Of a DNA stretch of 54,514 nt, positions 31,008 through 41,484 are shown piece by piece. Within the stretch, counting starts at the first letter, position 1, and each line of letters begins with the position of its first letter. Source of the stretch: Nanobdellati archaeon (GTDB taxonomy: Archaea; EX4484-52; GLR71); the NCBI GenBank assembly GCA_019429125.1, contig JAHYJO010000008.1, positions 1 through 54,514 on the forward strand, given 5' to 3'. A model generated the notes under the pieces. It did not search any database and was not told the DNA's origin. It was given only the letters and a program-made list of their open reading frames with translations. Both the position numbers and the translations under genes were made by a program.

Positions 31008-31808
31008 ATGACTTCAATAAAAATCATTCCGAAAAAAGAAGATACAACAATAAAAAATACTAACGAAAAAAAAGAGAATAAGACTGAAAACAAAGACATA
31101 GAACAGTCAAACAAGATAGTATTACCTGGAGATATACTTGTAGAAAGCATTGATTTTCTTACAGGATATGGAACATATAGAGACGGAAAAACTATATATT
31201 CAAAAATTCTAGGAATTCTAAGAAAAAAAGAACATGTCATAAGCATAATACCTCTTTCAGGCCCATACAGTCCAAAACCAAACGACTTCATAATAGGAGA
31301 AGTAGCATATGTAGGTTACTCAAACTGGAAAGTTAATTTTGGTCACCCTAACGATGCAACATTACCTATGTCAGGAGTACCTGAATTTATTGAAAATGGT
31401 GCAGACCTCTCAAAATATTACAAACGAGGAGACCTACTTTTCGCACCCATTGATTCAGTGACTAAAAATATGATAATACAGATTACGATGAAAGATAAAA
31501 GAGCACGGAAACTTTTTGGTGGAAAAATAATAAGCATATCATCCTCAAAAGTACCAAGAGTCATAGGAAAAGATGGCACTATGATAGCTCAGATAAAAAA
31601 CAAAACTGGATGTGTAATAAATGTCAGTCAAAATGGTAGAATCTGGATTAAGGGCGATAACGAACCACTTGCTACAAAAACTATAAAGATGGTTGAAAAA
31701 CTTTCACACAAAAAAGGATTGACAGAAATCATATCTAAATATCTTGATGAAGAGCTTAAGCAAATGGGAATAAAAACTCAAAAATCTGAAGATACGGAGA
31801 AACAATAA
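31008..31808 (+). CDS. rrp4: Exosome RNA-binding subunit Rrp4
   Basis: VLPGD, IPLSGPYSP, KH motif KVPRVIGKDG, NGRIWI. Confidence 0.93.
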   Translation: MTSIKIIPKKEDTTIKNTNEKKENKTENKDIEQSNKIVLPGDILVESIDFLTGYGTYRDGKTIYSKILGILRKKEHVISIIPLSGPYSPKPNDFIIGEVAYVGYSNWKVNFGHPNDATLPMSGVPEFIENGADLSKYYKRGDLLFAPIDSVTKNMIIQITMKDKRARKLFGGKIISISSSKVPRVIGKDGTMIAQIKNKTGCVINVSQNGRIWIKGDNEPLATKTIKMVEKLSHKKGLTEIISKYLDEELKQMGIKTQKSEDTEKQ

Positions 31809-31819
31809 AGGTGATAATT

Positions 31820-32542
31820 ATGGCTTCAAATATACCAGAAAAATACAAGACATTGATTAAAAACAACAAAAGAATAGACGGAAGAACGCTTGATGAATTA
31901 CGACCTGTAAAAATAAAAGTTGGAGTAATACCTTCTGCAGACGGATCCGCATACATAGAGATTGGAAACACAAAAGTTCTTGCCGCAGTCCATGGACCAA
32001 AAGAAATGTTCCCAAGACACATGATTAACGAAGACAGAGCAGTCTTAAATGTAAGATACGCCATGCTTCCGTTCTCAACATCAGAAAGAGTACGTCCAGG
32101 TCCAAGCAGAAGAAGTAATGAAATTTCAAAAGTTACAAGACATGCCCTTGAATCAGTGATATTCTTAGAAGAATATCCAGGAATGGGAATTGACTTGACA
32201 CTTGATATCATACAGGCAGATGCAGGAACAAGAGCAACCGCAATAACAGCAGCCTCAGTAGCACTTGCACACGCAGGAATTCCTATGAAAGGTCTTGTAG
32301 CTGCAACAGCTATCGGTAAGATAAACGACAGACTCGCAGTTGACTTAAATGGTCCTGAAGACAATTTTGGCCAGACAGACATGCCTATCGCAATGATATC
32401 TACAAACAAAAACATAACATTATTACAGATGGATGGAGACTTCTCAAAAGAAGAATTCAAAACAGCTTTATCAATGGCAAAAAAAGCGATAGAACCATTA
32501 TTTGAAGCACAGAGAGCTGCGCTTCAAAAATACTACAAATAG
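31820..32542 (+). CDS. rrp41: Exosome catalytic subunit Rrp41
   Basis: RIDGR..DELRP, ADGSAY, PFST.ER..PGPSRR, QADAGTR. Confidence 0.95.
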   Translation: MASNIPEKYKTLIKNNKRIDGRTLDELRPVKIKVGVIPSADGSAYIEIGNTKVLAAVHGPKEMFPRHMINEDRAVLNVRYAMLPFSTSERVRPGPSRRSNEISKVTRHALESVIFLEEYPGMGIDLTLDIIQADAGTRATAITAASVALAHAGIPMKGLVAATAIGKINDRLAVDLNGPEDNFGQTDMPIAMISTNKNITLLQMDGDFSKEEFKTALSMAKKAIEPLFEAQRAALQKYYK

Positions 32543-32550
32543 AATAGGAG

Positions 32551-33360
32551 ATGATTTATATGACACTATTATATCAGAACATGCAATATATCAGAAATAA
32601 CATCGCAAAGAATAGAGAAGACGGAAGAACCAGCGAACAATTCAGAGATATAACAATTGAAACAGGTATTATCGGACGAGCTGAAGGTTCAGCACGTGTA
32701 AAAATTGGTGATACAGAAATTATAGCAGGAGTAAAGATGGAAATTGGTACCCCATTCCCAGACAGTCCTGGTGAAGGCATCATAATGGTCAATTCAGAAT
32801 TTTCAGCACTTGCAAGTCCTGATTTTGAAAATGGGCCACCAAGAGAAGATTCAATTGAATTATCACGTGTTGTTGACAGAGGTATAAGAGAATCCAAAAC
32901 AGTTGACGTAGAGAAACTATGCATAGAAAAAGGCTCAAAAGTATGGATGGTCTTTGTAGACATAACAATTGTAAACCATGACGGAAATCTTATAGACGCA
33001 GCAGGCATTGGAGCAATCACTGCACTTTTGACTGCACAGATTCCAACAATAAACGAAGATGGAACATTAAACAGAGAAGAATTTGTAGGAAGTCTACCTA
33101 TTAAAGAGATACCTGTCCCAATCACATCAGGTCTTATAAACAATACGATAATAACCGATATGACTAAAGATGAAACTGAATGTTCAGATGCAATATTTAC
33201 TGTTACAACAATCGAAAATGAAAACTACTGTGCAATGCAGAAAGCAGGACCTTCTGAAATGACAGAAAAACAGATGCTAGACATAGCAAACATAGCACAG
33301 AAAGAAAGCAAAAAAATAAGATCTGCAATAAAAGCTACAGTAAAGAAACACAAAATATAA
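32551..33360 (+). CDS. rrp42: Exosome subunit Rrp42
   Basis: REDGR..FR, AEGSA, PFPDSP, GPP.E.SIELSRVVDRGIRES, DGNLIDA. Confidence 0.95.
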   Translation: MIYMTLLYQNMQYIRNNIAKNREDGRTSEQFRDITIETGIIGRAEGSARVKIGDTEIIAGVKMEIGTPFPDSPGEGIIMVNSEFSALASPDFENGPPREDSIELSRVVDRGIRESKTVDVEKLCIEKGSKVWMVFVDITIVNHDGNLIDAAGIGAITALLTAQIPTINEDGTLNREEFVGSLPIKEIPVPITSGLINNTIITDMTKDETECSDAIFTVTTIENENYCAMQKAGPSEMTEKQMLDIANIAQKESKKIRSAIKATVKKHKI

Positions 33361-33410
33361 TAAACATTTAAAAAGCTTTGTTTTAAACAATAGAGAGAAG
33401 ATGATAGCAT

Positions 33411-33674
33411 ATGGCAACAAAAAAAGTCAAATCTGCAGGCCGATTCGGCATAAGATACGGTAAGAAGATTAGAGATAAGACTGCAGCAGTTGAATCAAAA
33501 TCAAGAGCAGTTCACAAATGTCCGTATTGCTTGAAAAAAGGATTAAAAAGACAAGCAGCAGGCATATGGGAATGCAGAATTTGCAACAAAAAAATTGCAG
33601 GCGGTGCATACAGTCCAAGAACTTCAGCAATGAAAATTATTGAGAATGCATTAGCAAAAATATCAAAACAATAA
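33411..33674 (+). CDS. rpl37ae: 50S ribosomal protein L37ae
   Basis: GRFGIRYG, CPYC, GIWEC..C, GGAY. Confidence 0.95.
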   Translation: MATKKVKSAGRFGIRYGKKIRDKTAAVESKSRAVHKCPYCLKKGLKRQAAGIWECRICNKKIAGGAYSPRTSAMKIIENALAKISKQ

Positions 33675-33692
33675 ATCATAAGGTGAAATTAT

Positions 33693-33827
33693 ATGTATAT
33701 CTGCTTAAATTGTAAAAAAGCATCAAAAATAAAAGATATGACTACAACAGCCATATGTAAATATTGTTCAGGTAGAGTTTTTATGAAAAAAAGATCAAAA
33801 ACATTGAGAACACAAAATACAGATTAA
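33693..33827 (+). CDS. rpoP: RNA polymerase subunit P (Rpo12)
   Basis: Hand-translated MYICLNC...CKYCSGRVFMKKR; synteny; GGTGA SD. Confidence 0.88.
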   Translation: MYICLNCKKASKIKDMTTTAICKYCSGRVFMKKRSKTLRTQNTD

Positions 33828-33837
33828 AGTTATTGAT

Positions 33838-34086
33838 ATGACACAAAAAGCAATATTGCTACTTGAAAATCCTAAGATGGAAACAATAGTTTCTACTTTA
33901 GGTGATATCACTAATTTTAACACAGAAAGAATGACAATTGAAACGACAAACACAAATAAAACACTCACAGTCAATATAGACGCAAAAGATTCAATTGCAT
34001 TAAGAGCAGGATTAAACAGTTTTATGAACTTATACAACCTTTCAGACAATATAATAAAAGGTATTTTAAATGACAGAAGAAAGTAA
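33838..34086 (+). CDS. pcc1: KEOPS complex subunit Pcc1
   Basis: IDAKDSIALRAGLNS motif; synteny. Confidence 0.85.
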   Translation: MTQKAILLLENPKMETIVSTLGDITNFNTERMTIETTNTNKTLTVNIDAKDSIALRAGLNSFMNLYNLSDNIIKGILNDRRK

Positions 34087-34375
34087 CAAAATAATGGAAA
34101 CGCAGATGCTCCAACAGCAGATGCAAAACATTATGATACAGAAAGAAAACACAAGACTCCAACTTCTAGATATTGAAAATGCAATCAAAGAAGTAAAAGA
34201 TGCAAAAGGTGACGTATATAAAACCTCAGGGATTATTTTCATAAAATCAGAAAAAAACATAATTCTTAAAGATCTTGAAGAAAAAAAGAACGACCTTAAA
34301 ATAAGAATGAAATCTCTAGATAAAAGAGAAGAGATATTCAAAAAACAGATTATGGGACTACAAAAAGAAGAATAA
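34070..34375 (+). CDS. pfdB: Prefoldin beta subunit
   Basis: Coiled coil with VYKTSGIIFIK hairpin; synteny. Confidence 0.88.
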   Translation: MTEESNKIMETQMLQQQMQNIMIQKENTRLQLLDIENAIKEVKDAKGDVYKTSGIIFIKSEKNIILKDLEEKKNDLKIRMKSLDKREEIFKKQIMGLQKEE

Positions 34376-34447
34376 AAATAAGACCTAATCTATTTCTTAA
34401 AAACAATATAGCAATAAGTTTATAATACTAATTATCTAATTTTAGAT

Positions 34448-35692
34448 ATGATTGAAAATATAATTGGCTCAAAAAGTAAAATTGCTGTACTGAAAGCACT
34501 TTTCATTTACGGAAAAGAAAAGGGCACAACAATCCGAAAACTTGCAATAACTTCAGACACACCATATTCAGTAGCTTACAGAGATATAGAACATTTCTTA
34601 GAAGAAGATTTCATAAAAATTAAAAAAAATGGTACAAACAAAATTATATCGTTCAATATAAACCATAAACTTTATCCAAAAATACAGACACTCCTAGAAT
34701 CAGAGGTCGATGATGAGACAGAAAATAAACCAAAAAAAATGTTCAAACACAAAAAAGGCCTTATAATAGTCCATCACAATGCAGATCCCGATGCAATAGG
34801 AAGTGCAATTGCACTTGCTAGAGGTTTCAATCAAAGTAATCTTAAATGTGAAATATTTGCCCCAGGCGGATTAAGTTCACAAAGCAAAAGACTGCTTGAA
34901 AAATACCCATACCCAATATCTGAAAAAATCACAGAATACCCTCCTTTAGTATTCATACTTGACACATCATCCCCTGAACAGATAAGTGGTGCAAAAATAC
35001 CAAAAGAATGTAAGACTATCATTATAGACCATCACAGAACCGGAAAACTGGCAGACATAGCAGATATGAAAATAATAGATTCCACTGCACACTCAACAGC
35101 AGTACTTGTGTATGACATGTTGACATCTGCAGGTATTCAAATCACAGCAGAAATTGCATTTTTCCTTATGGCAGCGATTGTTGCGGATACTGGTTATTTT
35201 AAGCTTATAGACAAAAGAGACATAAACATAATCCATAAACTAATAGACCTCGTAGATTTAAATGATGTTTTTGCTGGACTTTCCACACATATAGAATATG
35301 ATGAAAAGGTAGCACGGCTCACTGGACTGCAAAAAATGGAAGCATATACAATAAAAAACAAAATAATTGTATTTTCAGAAGTAAATTCATTTGAATCCAA
35401 AGTCGCACAACACATAATGACCTCTTTTGCAGATATTGCAATTGTTGAAAATATAGGTAAAAACAGTATACGAATTAGCGCAAGAGCACGAAAATACTTA
35501 AATGATTATATAGACCTTTCTCTTATCTTTAAAGGTATTGGAAAAGACATAAAAGGCAATGGTGGAGGTCACAAGACCGCCGCATCAGCAAACGGTTCCG
35601 ATATAAATAATCGAGAGGTAGTAAAAGAAAAGATAAAGACCTACCTTGAATCCGCATTAAATGGCCGCGTAAAACCACTTACACAAAATTAG
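34448..35692 (+). CDS. DHH/DHHA1 phosphoesterase with N-terminal winged-helix domain
   Basis: HHNADPDA, DT, IDHH, DTGYF, SAR, GGGH..AA; extra ~90-aa HTH-like N-terminus. Confidence 0.85.
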   Translation: MIENIIGSKSKIAVLKALFIYGKEKGTTIRKLAITSDTPYSVAYRDIEHFLEEDFIKIKKNGTNKIISFNINHKLYPKIQTLLESEVDDETENKPKKMFKHKKGLIIVHHNADPDAIGSAIALARGFNQSNLKCEIFAPGGLSSQSKRLLEKYPYPISEKITEYPPLVFILDTSSPEQISGAKIPKECKTIIIDHHRTGKLADIADMKIIDSTAHSTAVLVYDMLTSAGIQITAEIAFFLMAAIVADTGYFKLIDKRDINIIHKLIDLVDLNDVFAGLSTHIEYDEKVARLTGLQKMEAYTIKNKIIVFSEVNSFESKVAQHIMTSFADIAIVENIGKNSIRISARARKYLNDYIDLSLIFKGIGKDIKGNGGGHKTAASANGSDINNREVVKEKIKTYLESALNGRVKPLTQN

Positions 35693-35776
35693 ATATAAAT
35701 TCAATACAAAAAACAAAATATTTTTATAACTATCACTGCATATATATCTATATTGAAAATCTATGAGGTGTTTAAT

Positions 35777-36034
35777 ATGGAACTGGATAATATAGTTACA
35801 GCGTTAACAGAAATTAAAGATGACAAAAGAGTACCAAGAAATGTCAGATCATCACTCCAAGAGACTATTGGAGAACTCACATGTGAAAATGAGAACATTT
35901 CAATAAAACTAAATACAGCAATATCAATATTAGATGATATTAACAATGACACAAACATACAACCCTTCACAAGAACACAAATATGGAATATTGTGAGTAT
36001 GTTGGAATCCTTCCAAAGTGACATGGATTCTTGA
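35777..36034 (+). CDS. UPF0147 family protein
   Basis: D..VPRNVR, AISILDDI.ND.NI..FTRTQIWNIVSMLE. Confidence 0.9.
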   Translation: MELDNIVTALTEIKDDKRVPRNVRSSLQETIGELTCENENISIKLNTAISILDDINNDTNIQPFTRTQIWNIVSMLESFQSDMDS

Positions 36035-36124
36035 TTAAAGCTAAAAGCTTTTAAATATTAAGAGACTAAATCATATTATAATAATTTAGTACAATTTCAT
36101 ATAATGATAAAGAGGAGAAGTCTT

Positions 36125-36469
36125 ATGGGATTTTTAAGTAAAATGATTAGTGAACCTGAAAACAATGATATAAGTGAAACAAATTATCTTGAAATTGATG
36201 AGATGGATTCATCACATCATGGAAAATTTATGATTCGTGTAGAAACACTTTCTGAATTTTCGGACACAAGCATAATTCAGGAATATGTACGTAACGGAGA
36301 TATTGTCTGGGTAAGAATTAGACCCTTAAAAGACAAAGATATAACAGAACTAAAAAGATCTGTTGACAGACTACGAAAAACTTGTATAGCAATAAATGGC
36401 GATGTTGCGGGTATTGATGAAGATTATCTTGTCTTGACACCACCTGGAGTAAATATACACCGAAGATAA
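36125..36469 (+). CDS. sepF: Archaeal cell-division protein SepF
   Basis: N-terminal amphipathic MGFLSKM, G.IV...I..LK..D..ELKR, GDVAGI...L.LTP. Confidence 0.88.
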   Translation: MGFLSKMISEPENNDISETNYLEIDEMDSSHHGKFMIRVETLSEFSDTSIIQEYVRNGDIVWVRIRPLKDKDITELKRSVDRLRKTCIAINGDVAGIDEDYLVLTPPGVNIHRR

Positions 36470-36573
36470 ATAAATTACTTTTTTTCTTCTTATTTTTTTA
36501 TTAAAATCAATAATATCAACTAATTTCTACACACACCAAATAATCTCAAAACAAACATCTTCCAGATTAATAA

Positions 36574-37218
36574 TCACACAGCAAACACACTAAAATAAAA
36601 GTCAACCATACCACCCGTAACATACTGCACAGCTATAGCCAGAAGAATAAGCCCCATCATACGAGTTATGACTTTAGTGCCCGTTGTCCCAAAAAACGAA
36701 AATATCTTCTCAGAACTCCTAAATATGAAATAGGAAAGCATAAACGCTATTATAACAGACAGAATTACATAAATTTTATGTTCACCCGTTACAGCAGAAG
36801 AATAAAGAAGAATACCAGTAATTATTGCCCCTGGTCCAGTCATAAGTGGTATAGCAAGAGGCGTTATTGCCAAATCTTCCATTGTTTCCCATTCAGATTC
36901 TTCTTCAGGTGTATGTTTGGTCTTCTGTTTCTGTCCAAAAATCATATGCAATGAAATTATACCCAACAAAATACCACCTGCAATCTTAAACGAATACAAC
37001 TCTATATTTAAAAATGAGAATATAGCATTTCCAAAAACAGTAAAGATAAGAAGTGATGATGTAGCAACAATTATAGCCCTGTGTATTATGCGAACCCTTG
37101 CAACTTTAGGATAATCATCCAATAACGAACGTATTATGCTGACAGTACCTATAGGATTAATTATTACAAAAAGAGTAAATATAGAATAAAAAAGAAAATT
37201 TAGATCCATAACAACCAC
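36574..37218 (-). CDS. MarC family membrane protein
   Basis: LFVIINPIG, FKIAGGILL, AITPLAIPLMTGPGAI, TRMMGLIL. Confidence 0.93.
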   Translation of the reverse strand: MVVMDLNFLFYSIFTLFVIINPIGTVSIIRSLLDDYPKVARVRIIHRAIIVATSSLLIFTVFGNAIFSFLNIELYSFKIAGGILLGIISLHMIFGQKQKTKHTPEEESEWETMEDLAITPLAIPLMTGPGAIITGILLYSSAVTGEHKIYVILSVIIAFMLSYFIFRSSEKIFSFFGTTGTKVITRMMGLILLAIAVQYVTGGMVDFYFSVFAV

Positions 37219-37274
37219 ATAACAATAAGATACAATACATTATTTGGTATTATATATATAAATATCAGTAATTT

Positions 37275-37442
37275 GGGTCTTTCAAAAAAGTGAGTGATTT
37301 TGAATATTTTTTAAATATTGTTTGTTTATAAACTCATGCAGAGATCCCTTTAATATACACATTTCACGCCGAATTACAAAAGAAATGAAGGTATTTAATT
37401 AACTACATTTTGTTTGAAATCACTCAAAAAATGAACTGTGCC
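37275..37442. mobile_element. MITE family B copy with 8-bp target site duplication AGTAATTT
   Basis: Near-identical to 26927-27095; AGTAATTT at 37267-37274 and 37443-37450. Confidence 0.9.
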
Positions 37443-37472
37443 AGTAATTTTCATATGGAAGTATCAGTAATT

Positions 37473-38222
37473 TTAATCTTCAACCCTTGGAGCAAGCACA
37501 TAATTAAGTTCAAGAACATCTTTTTGCCTAAATGTTAATCGAGCAGGATAATCATTGCCAAATTCAATCCCAACAACATCTGCAAGTTTTCCTGCCTTTA
37601 TAATCTTCTTAAAATAATCAAGACTAAACTTTGATGCGCAACAATCTTTCACAGAAAGATCAAGCAATGCCTTATTACCTTTCTCAATCTCAAGACGCAC
37701 TTTATTTAGATCACCTTTAGATGATATTACAAACATCTTTTCATCAGCTTCAATAACAATTGTATCAGAGACAATAGATGCATCACCGATACCATCTTCA
37801 AGAATGGAAGTCTGAATATCTATATGTGCAGAAAAATCAAGATTCATTTCAGGTGTCTCAACCTCATCAATAGTTATAAGTGGCTGAACAAACTTTCTTG
37901 TAGATCCACCAACAAAAGTTATCTCAAGCTTCTTTGTCTCATCATCAAGCACCAATGTAACCTTATCTGATGCTGAAGCTCGTTTCAATATGGATAAAAA
38001 ACCATCCATATTGATACTTATTTCCTGTTCAGTATCAACTTCATAACTTGAAAATTGAGTTGCAAGATATTTGAAATTGACCAAAACAACCATAGTTGGA
38101 TCTACAGCAGACATATATATGCCATCTTTTTTAACTTTAAATATACCCTCAGTTATAAATTCTGAGACCGCAGTCAGGGCATCCCTGAAAAGAACTACAT
38201 TATCTAGTGTTGCTTTAAACAT
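37473..38222 (-). CDS. pcn: DNA polymerase sliding clamp PCNA
   Basis: MFKA, DP.MV.LV, SKFSLDYF, FGNDYP, LAPRVE. Confidence 0.95.
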   Translation of the reverse strand: MFKATLDNVVLFRDALTAVSEFITEGIFKVKKDGIYMSAVDPTMVVLVNFKYLATQFSSYEVDTEQEISINMDGFLSILKRASASDKVTLVLDDETKKLEITFVGGSTRKFVQPLITIDEVETPEMNLDFSAHIDIQTSILEDGIGDASIVSDTIVIEADEKMFVISSKGDLNKVRLEIEKGNKALLDLSVKDCCASKFSLDYFKKIIKAGKLADVVGIEFGNDYPARLTFRQKDVLELNYVLAPRVED

Positions 38223-38499
38223 ATGAAAATACCTCTCCGATAAATATCAGTATCTATTACTTTTGACTAAACATTTATTAATGTTTAATTTTATTTGACA
38301 AAAAATCAAATAATTATCACTTAATTTAAGAAAATCAAAGAAAAACTACAATTGTACAAAAATAATAATCAAAAATTATAATATGATAAAAATTATAATA
38401 TAATACAAAATAGAATATGATAAAAAATAGAATTAAAAAAGAAAAATATTGATAATATCAGTAAAATATACAATAAAATAATCATTGACTTAAATAATC

Positions 38500-38832
38500 T
38501 TAACTATATTCACGCCAAATATGAGCACATTCTGTACATTTATAAAATCGAGTCTCAGGTTCATCACTGGATCTTGTCTGTCTTGTCCACCAAAACACTT
38601 GATTATTATTACATTTAGGACAAGGATACTCCATAACAGGAAGATTAGCCCTTTTACTCTCAATTACCTGAACATCATCCAATGGTGCATGTTCTATCTT
38701 TTGAGTAAGCTTCAAAGAATCAGTTTTATGAACCTTTTCAATACTGCAACCCTTACCACAAATAAAAACAACAGACCCGTTTTCTTTCTCAGGTCTCATC
38801 AAACTTCCACACATTTTGCACATCTGCATCAT
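38500..38832 (-). CDS. tfs: Transcription factor S (TFS)
   Basis: CKMCGSLM; CPKC..QTRSSDEPETRFYKC..C with the catalytic DE pair. Confidence 0.92.
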   Translation of the reverse strand: MMQMCKMCGSLMRPEKENGSVVFICGKGCSIEKVHKTDSLKLTQKIEHAPLDDVQVIESKRANLPVMEYPCPKCNNNQVFWWTRQTRSSDEPETRFYKCTECAHIWREYS

Positions 38833-39171
38833 ATCCCCCCCCTTTAAATCTATCTCAAATAGTACCATAAAGTTTATATAACTTATGAATAACTATTGTC
38901 CAAAAAATAATATATACAAAATTTTATGGATATTTATATTAGGAGAAAACTATATAAAGATTACTACAATTTTACCCAAATAAAAACAATCGTTTTGGGC
39001 ACCAAACGATAAGCAATAATAGCAATTTAAACAATAAAAAATACAAAACAATAAAAAATTATCAAAAATAACGACAAACAATATAGAATGTATTTTTAAA
39101 TATACTACAGAGACACTATAATTAAACACATACTAAAATAAATACAAGATATTTAAAAAAAAATAAGAAAC

Positions 39172-39444
39172 TTATTTTTTAAGAACTTTTTCAAATTCAG
39201 TTCCGAATTGTTCTATCTGGTCCTGTGTCCTTTTAATTGCAGCCATAATTGATTTCTTTGGATCTTTTGATTTCACAATCAGTCTTGGTGCACCCACATA
39301 CGGATGTGATTTCTCATAAGCTGCAAGAGATACTGACGAATCATCCCATAACGCTTTCCTCAAAAGATTAGGAAGAGTATGTCCACCATTATCAATCTCG
39401 ATAATTAATGTTTCTTTATCCTGTTTTTCAATCTTAACTTGCAT
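39172..39444 (-). CDS. rpoL: RNA polymerase subunit L (Rpo11)
   Basis: HTLPNLLR..L, AAY...HP, P.L. Confidence 0.9.
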   Translation of the reverse strand: MQVKIEKQDKETLIIEIDNGGHTLPNLLRKALWDDSSVSLAAYEKSHPYVGAPRLIVKSKDPKKSIMAAIKRTQDQIEQFGTEFEKVLKK

Positions 39445-39610
39445 TCCAATCACACACAAACCTATAAATAAATATTATATTCAACTTAGTATATATATCA
39501 ATACTTGATGTATTCATTTATATATACAGATATATAAACTAACCCAACAAATTTATATATGTTTGGACAATCTTTTTAAAAGTATCGTAGCTCTTAAATT
39601 ATTCTTATTA

Positions 39611-40732
39611 TTATACCTTAAAAGTATCATATATTTTAAGAATACTAGGACTTAACCCCGGTTTAACCTCATCAATCATCTGATAGAACAGTTTATTATC
39701 TATACAAAAGGAACCATTGACAACATAATCTATTGCTGCTATCTCTAAAACATTTGTGACAATACGCCTTATATCACGACCAGTATACCTTAAACCACCA
39801 CGTTCTTTATCTTCCATATAATGCACAATATCTTTAATGACAAGAGTAGGCATATAACCCTCTATCTGCTTAGTTATTTCAAGTTCAAATATAAACCCCT
39901 TCTCTTTTTTATCAGGTGGCCCAATATAAAGCATAGAATTAAATCTGCTCAAAAGCGCACCATCAATCAGATCAGGACGATTAGTTGCAGCAATAAGATT
40001 AATGTCAGCCTTACCAATACCATCAATCTGTGTAAGCAACGTTGAAAGAGTCCGGTTAGACACATGGTCATTGCTGTCCCGAACCATAGAAAGCGCATCA
40101 ATCTCGTCAATAAAAAGTACATTATTCTTATTCTCCTTAACTTTAGAAAAAATCATAGACAGGTTCTTGCTAGTTTCGCCATAATATTTAGAAAGTATAT
40201 TTGACGCATCAAGATAATATACATCCCCTTCAGGTATCTCGTTTGATAGCGCACCCACAAAAAAGGTCTTACCGCACCCAGGAGGACCATACATGAGAAT
40301 CGTATTTGATGCATTTATCTTAAAGGGCATGTCCCGAGTCATAGGATAAACCATATGCACCCTAAATTTCTCTTTTATATAATCATAGCCGACAATATCA
40401 TCAAACCAATAATCTGACTTGACTATTGCATCACCCACCCAAGAACCCATAGAATCCTCGGAATCAGAAACAGATATAGAATTACCCACACCAGAATATC
40501 CACAAGAATTACCGAATATGGAAAGCCCTAAATCCCATGCTTCTTTTTGAATATCCTTATAGCTTGCATAACCATTGTATCTCACATTGACATTATCTTC
40601 AAGCATTGCCCTCACAAAATAATCTTTTGCGATGTACATAAGTTTAAGGGAATGCAATGGCTCTGTGCTCCTAAGATCCCTGCTTTTAGCAAGAAAAGAA
40701 TTCCCTTTATCTATAAAAAGCTGTTCTAGCAC
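39611..40732 (-). CDS. Vps4/CdvC-like single-module AAA+ ATPase with helical (MIT-like?) N-terminus
   Basis: FDDIVG, VYP, YGPPGCGKT, SKYYGET.KN, FIDEIDAL, ATNRP..ID..L.RF, YTGRDIR, VKP....KIY C-terminal helix. Confidence 0.8.
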   Translation of the reverse strand: MLEQLFIDKGNSFLAKSRDLRSTEPLHSLKLMYIAKDYFVRAMLEDNVNVRYNGYASYKDIQKEAWDLGLSIFGNSCGYSGVGNSISVSDSEDSMGSWVGDAIVKSDYWFDDIVGYDYIKEKFRVHMVYPMTRDMPFKINASNTILMYGPPGCGKTFFVGALSNEIPEGDVYYLDASNILSKYYGETSKNLSMIFSKVKENKNNVLFIDEIDALSMVRDSNDHVSNRTLSTLLTQIDGIGKADINLIAATNRPDLIDGALLSRFNSMLYIGPPDKKEKGFIFELEITKQIEGYMPTLVIKDIVHYMEDKERGGLRYTGRDIRRIVTNVLEIAAIDYVVNGSFCIDNKLFYQMIDEVKPGLSPSILKIYDTFKV

Positions 40733-40744
40733 AGGCCATCACAT

Positions 40745-41428
40745 CTATTGGAGTGGTTCTTTTATGGGGACAACATTAACAAGACTGTAAGCATCCAATA
40801 TTTCCTGACTGTACACCTCAGGATTTTTTGATATGTCACTGAATATGCGATTAATATCCTCATCATATATATCAAAATCCCCAATCTCAGCCTGAGCGTC
40901 AAGCCTGTTCTCTTTTGACATCATATACCCCCTAAGCTGTATAGGCTCAGATAGATTATTGCCGTTCATTCTCTGCTTTATCTTTTCAAATCCCGATATG
41001 ACTTCACCGAGGCCCACATTTTTTATATCAGGATTAAGGAAATCCAATGCCTTCTTGTAAAGTAGATCCTTGCGCATGACATCTATATCAATCACCAGAG
41101 GCGTGTAATCAAAAACCCTTTGCTTATATATCTCTTTCTCCTTAGACAGCATATTTTCCTGCATCTCAAGCTTCTGCATAGACACTATATAAGATTTAGC
41201 CCTATCAACTTTCCCTTCATTTGTAAGTCTCCGTACCTGAAGAAAAAGCTCCTGCTTCTCAGCAACAATCTTATTTATTGCAGAATCGCATACTGCAGAT
41301 ATTCTTGACGCATTCTTCTGCTCCATCTTAAGAACATGCATATATTTTTCAAGTTCATTAACCATAACATCAATGCTCGGTTCTTGTTCAGCTTCAGTTT
41401 TCCCCATAATCCTATTAATTATATTCAT
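40745..41428 (-). CDS. ESCRT-III (Snf7/CdvB)-like coiled-coil protein
   Basis: N-terminal amphipathic MNIINRIMGK; hairpin KQELFLQVRRLTNEGKVDRAKSY like the CdvB core; acidic tail ending VVPIKEPL; 12 bp upstream of the AAA gene. Confidence 0.62.
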   Translation of the reverse strand: MNIINRIMGKTEAEQEPSIDVMVNELEKYMHVLKMEQKNASRISAVCDSAINKIVAEKQELFLQVRRLTNEGKVDRAKSYIVSMQKLEMQENMLSKEKEIYKQRVFDYTPLVIDIDVMRKDLLYKKALDFLNPDIKNVGLGEVISGFEKIKQRMNGNNLSEPIQLRGYMMSKENRLDAQAEIGDFDIYDEDINRIFSDISKNPEVYSQEILDAYSLVNVVPIKEPLQ

Positions 41429-41484
41429 ATTTTACCACCCAGCCCATAATTCCCAATCCAAAATCACAATCCCCATTCCCTAAT

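Noticed and set aside
38280-38499. Very AT-rich tract with short repeats between PCNA and TFS as a replication origin
   Set aside because: No ORB-like boxes and no cdc6/orc1 gene nearby.
39611-40732. Cdc48, PAN or FtsH assignment for the AAA ATPase
   Set aside because: Single AAA module without the Cdc48 N-domain, PAN coiled-coil/OB domain or FtsH TM/protease parts.
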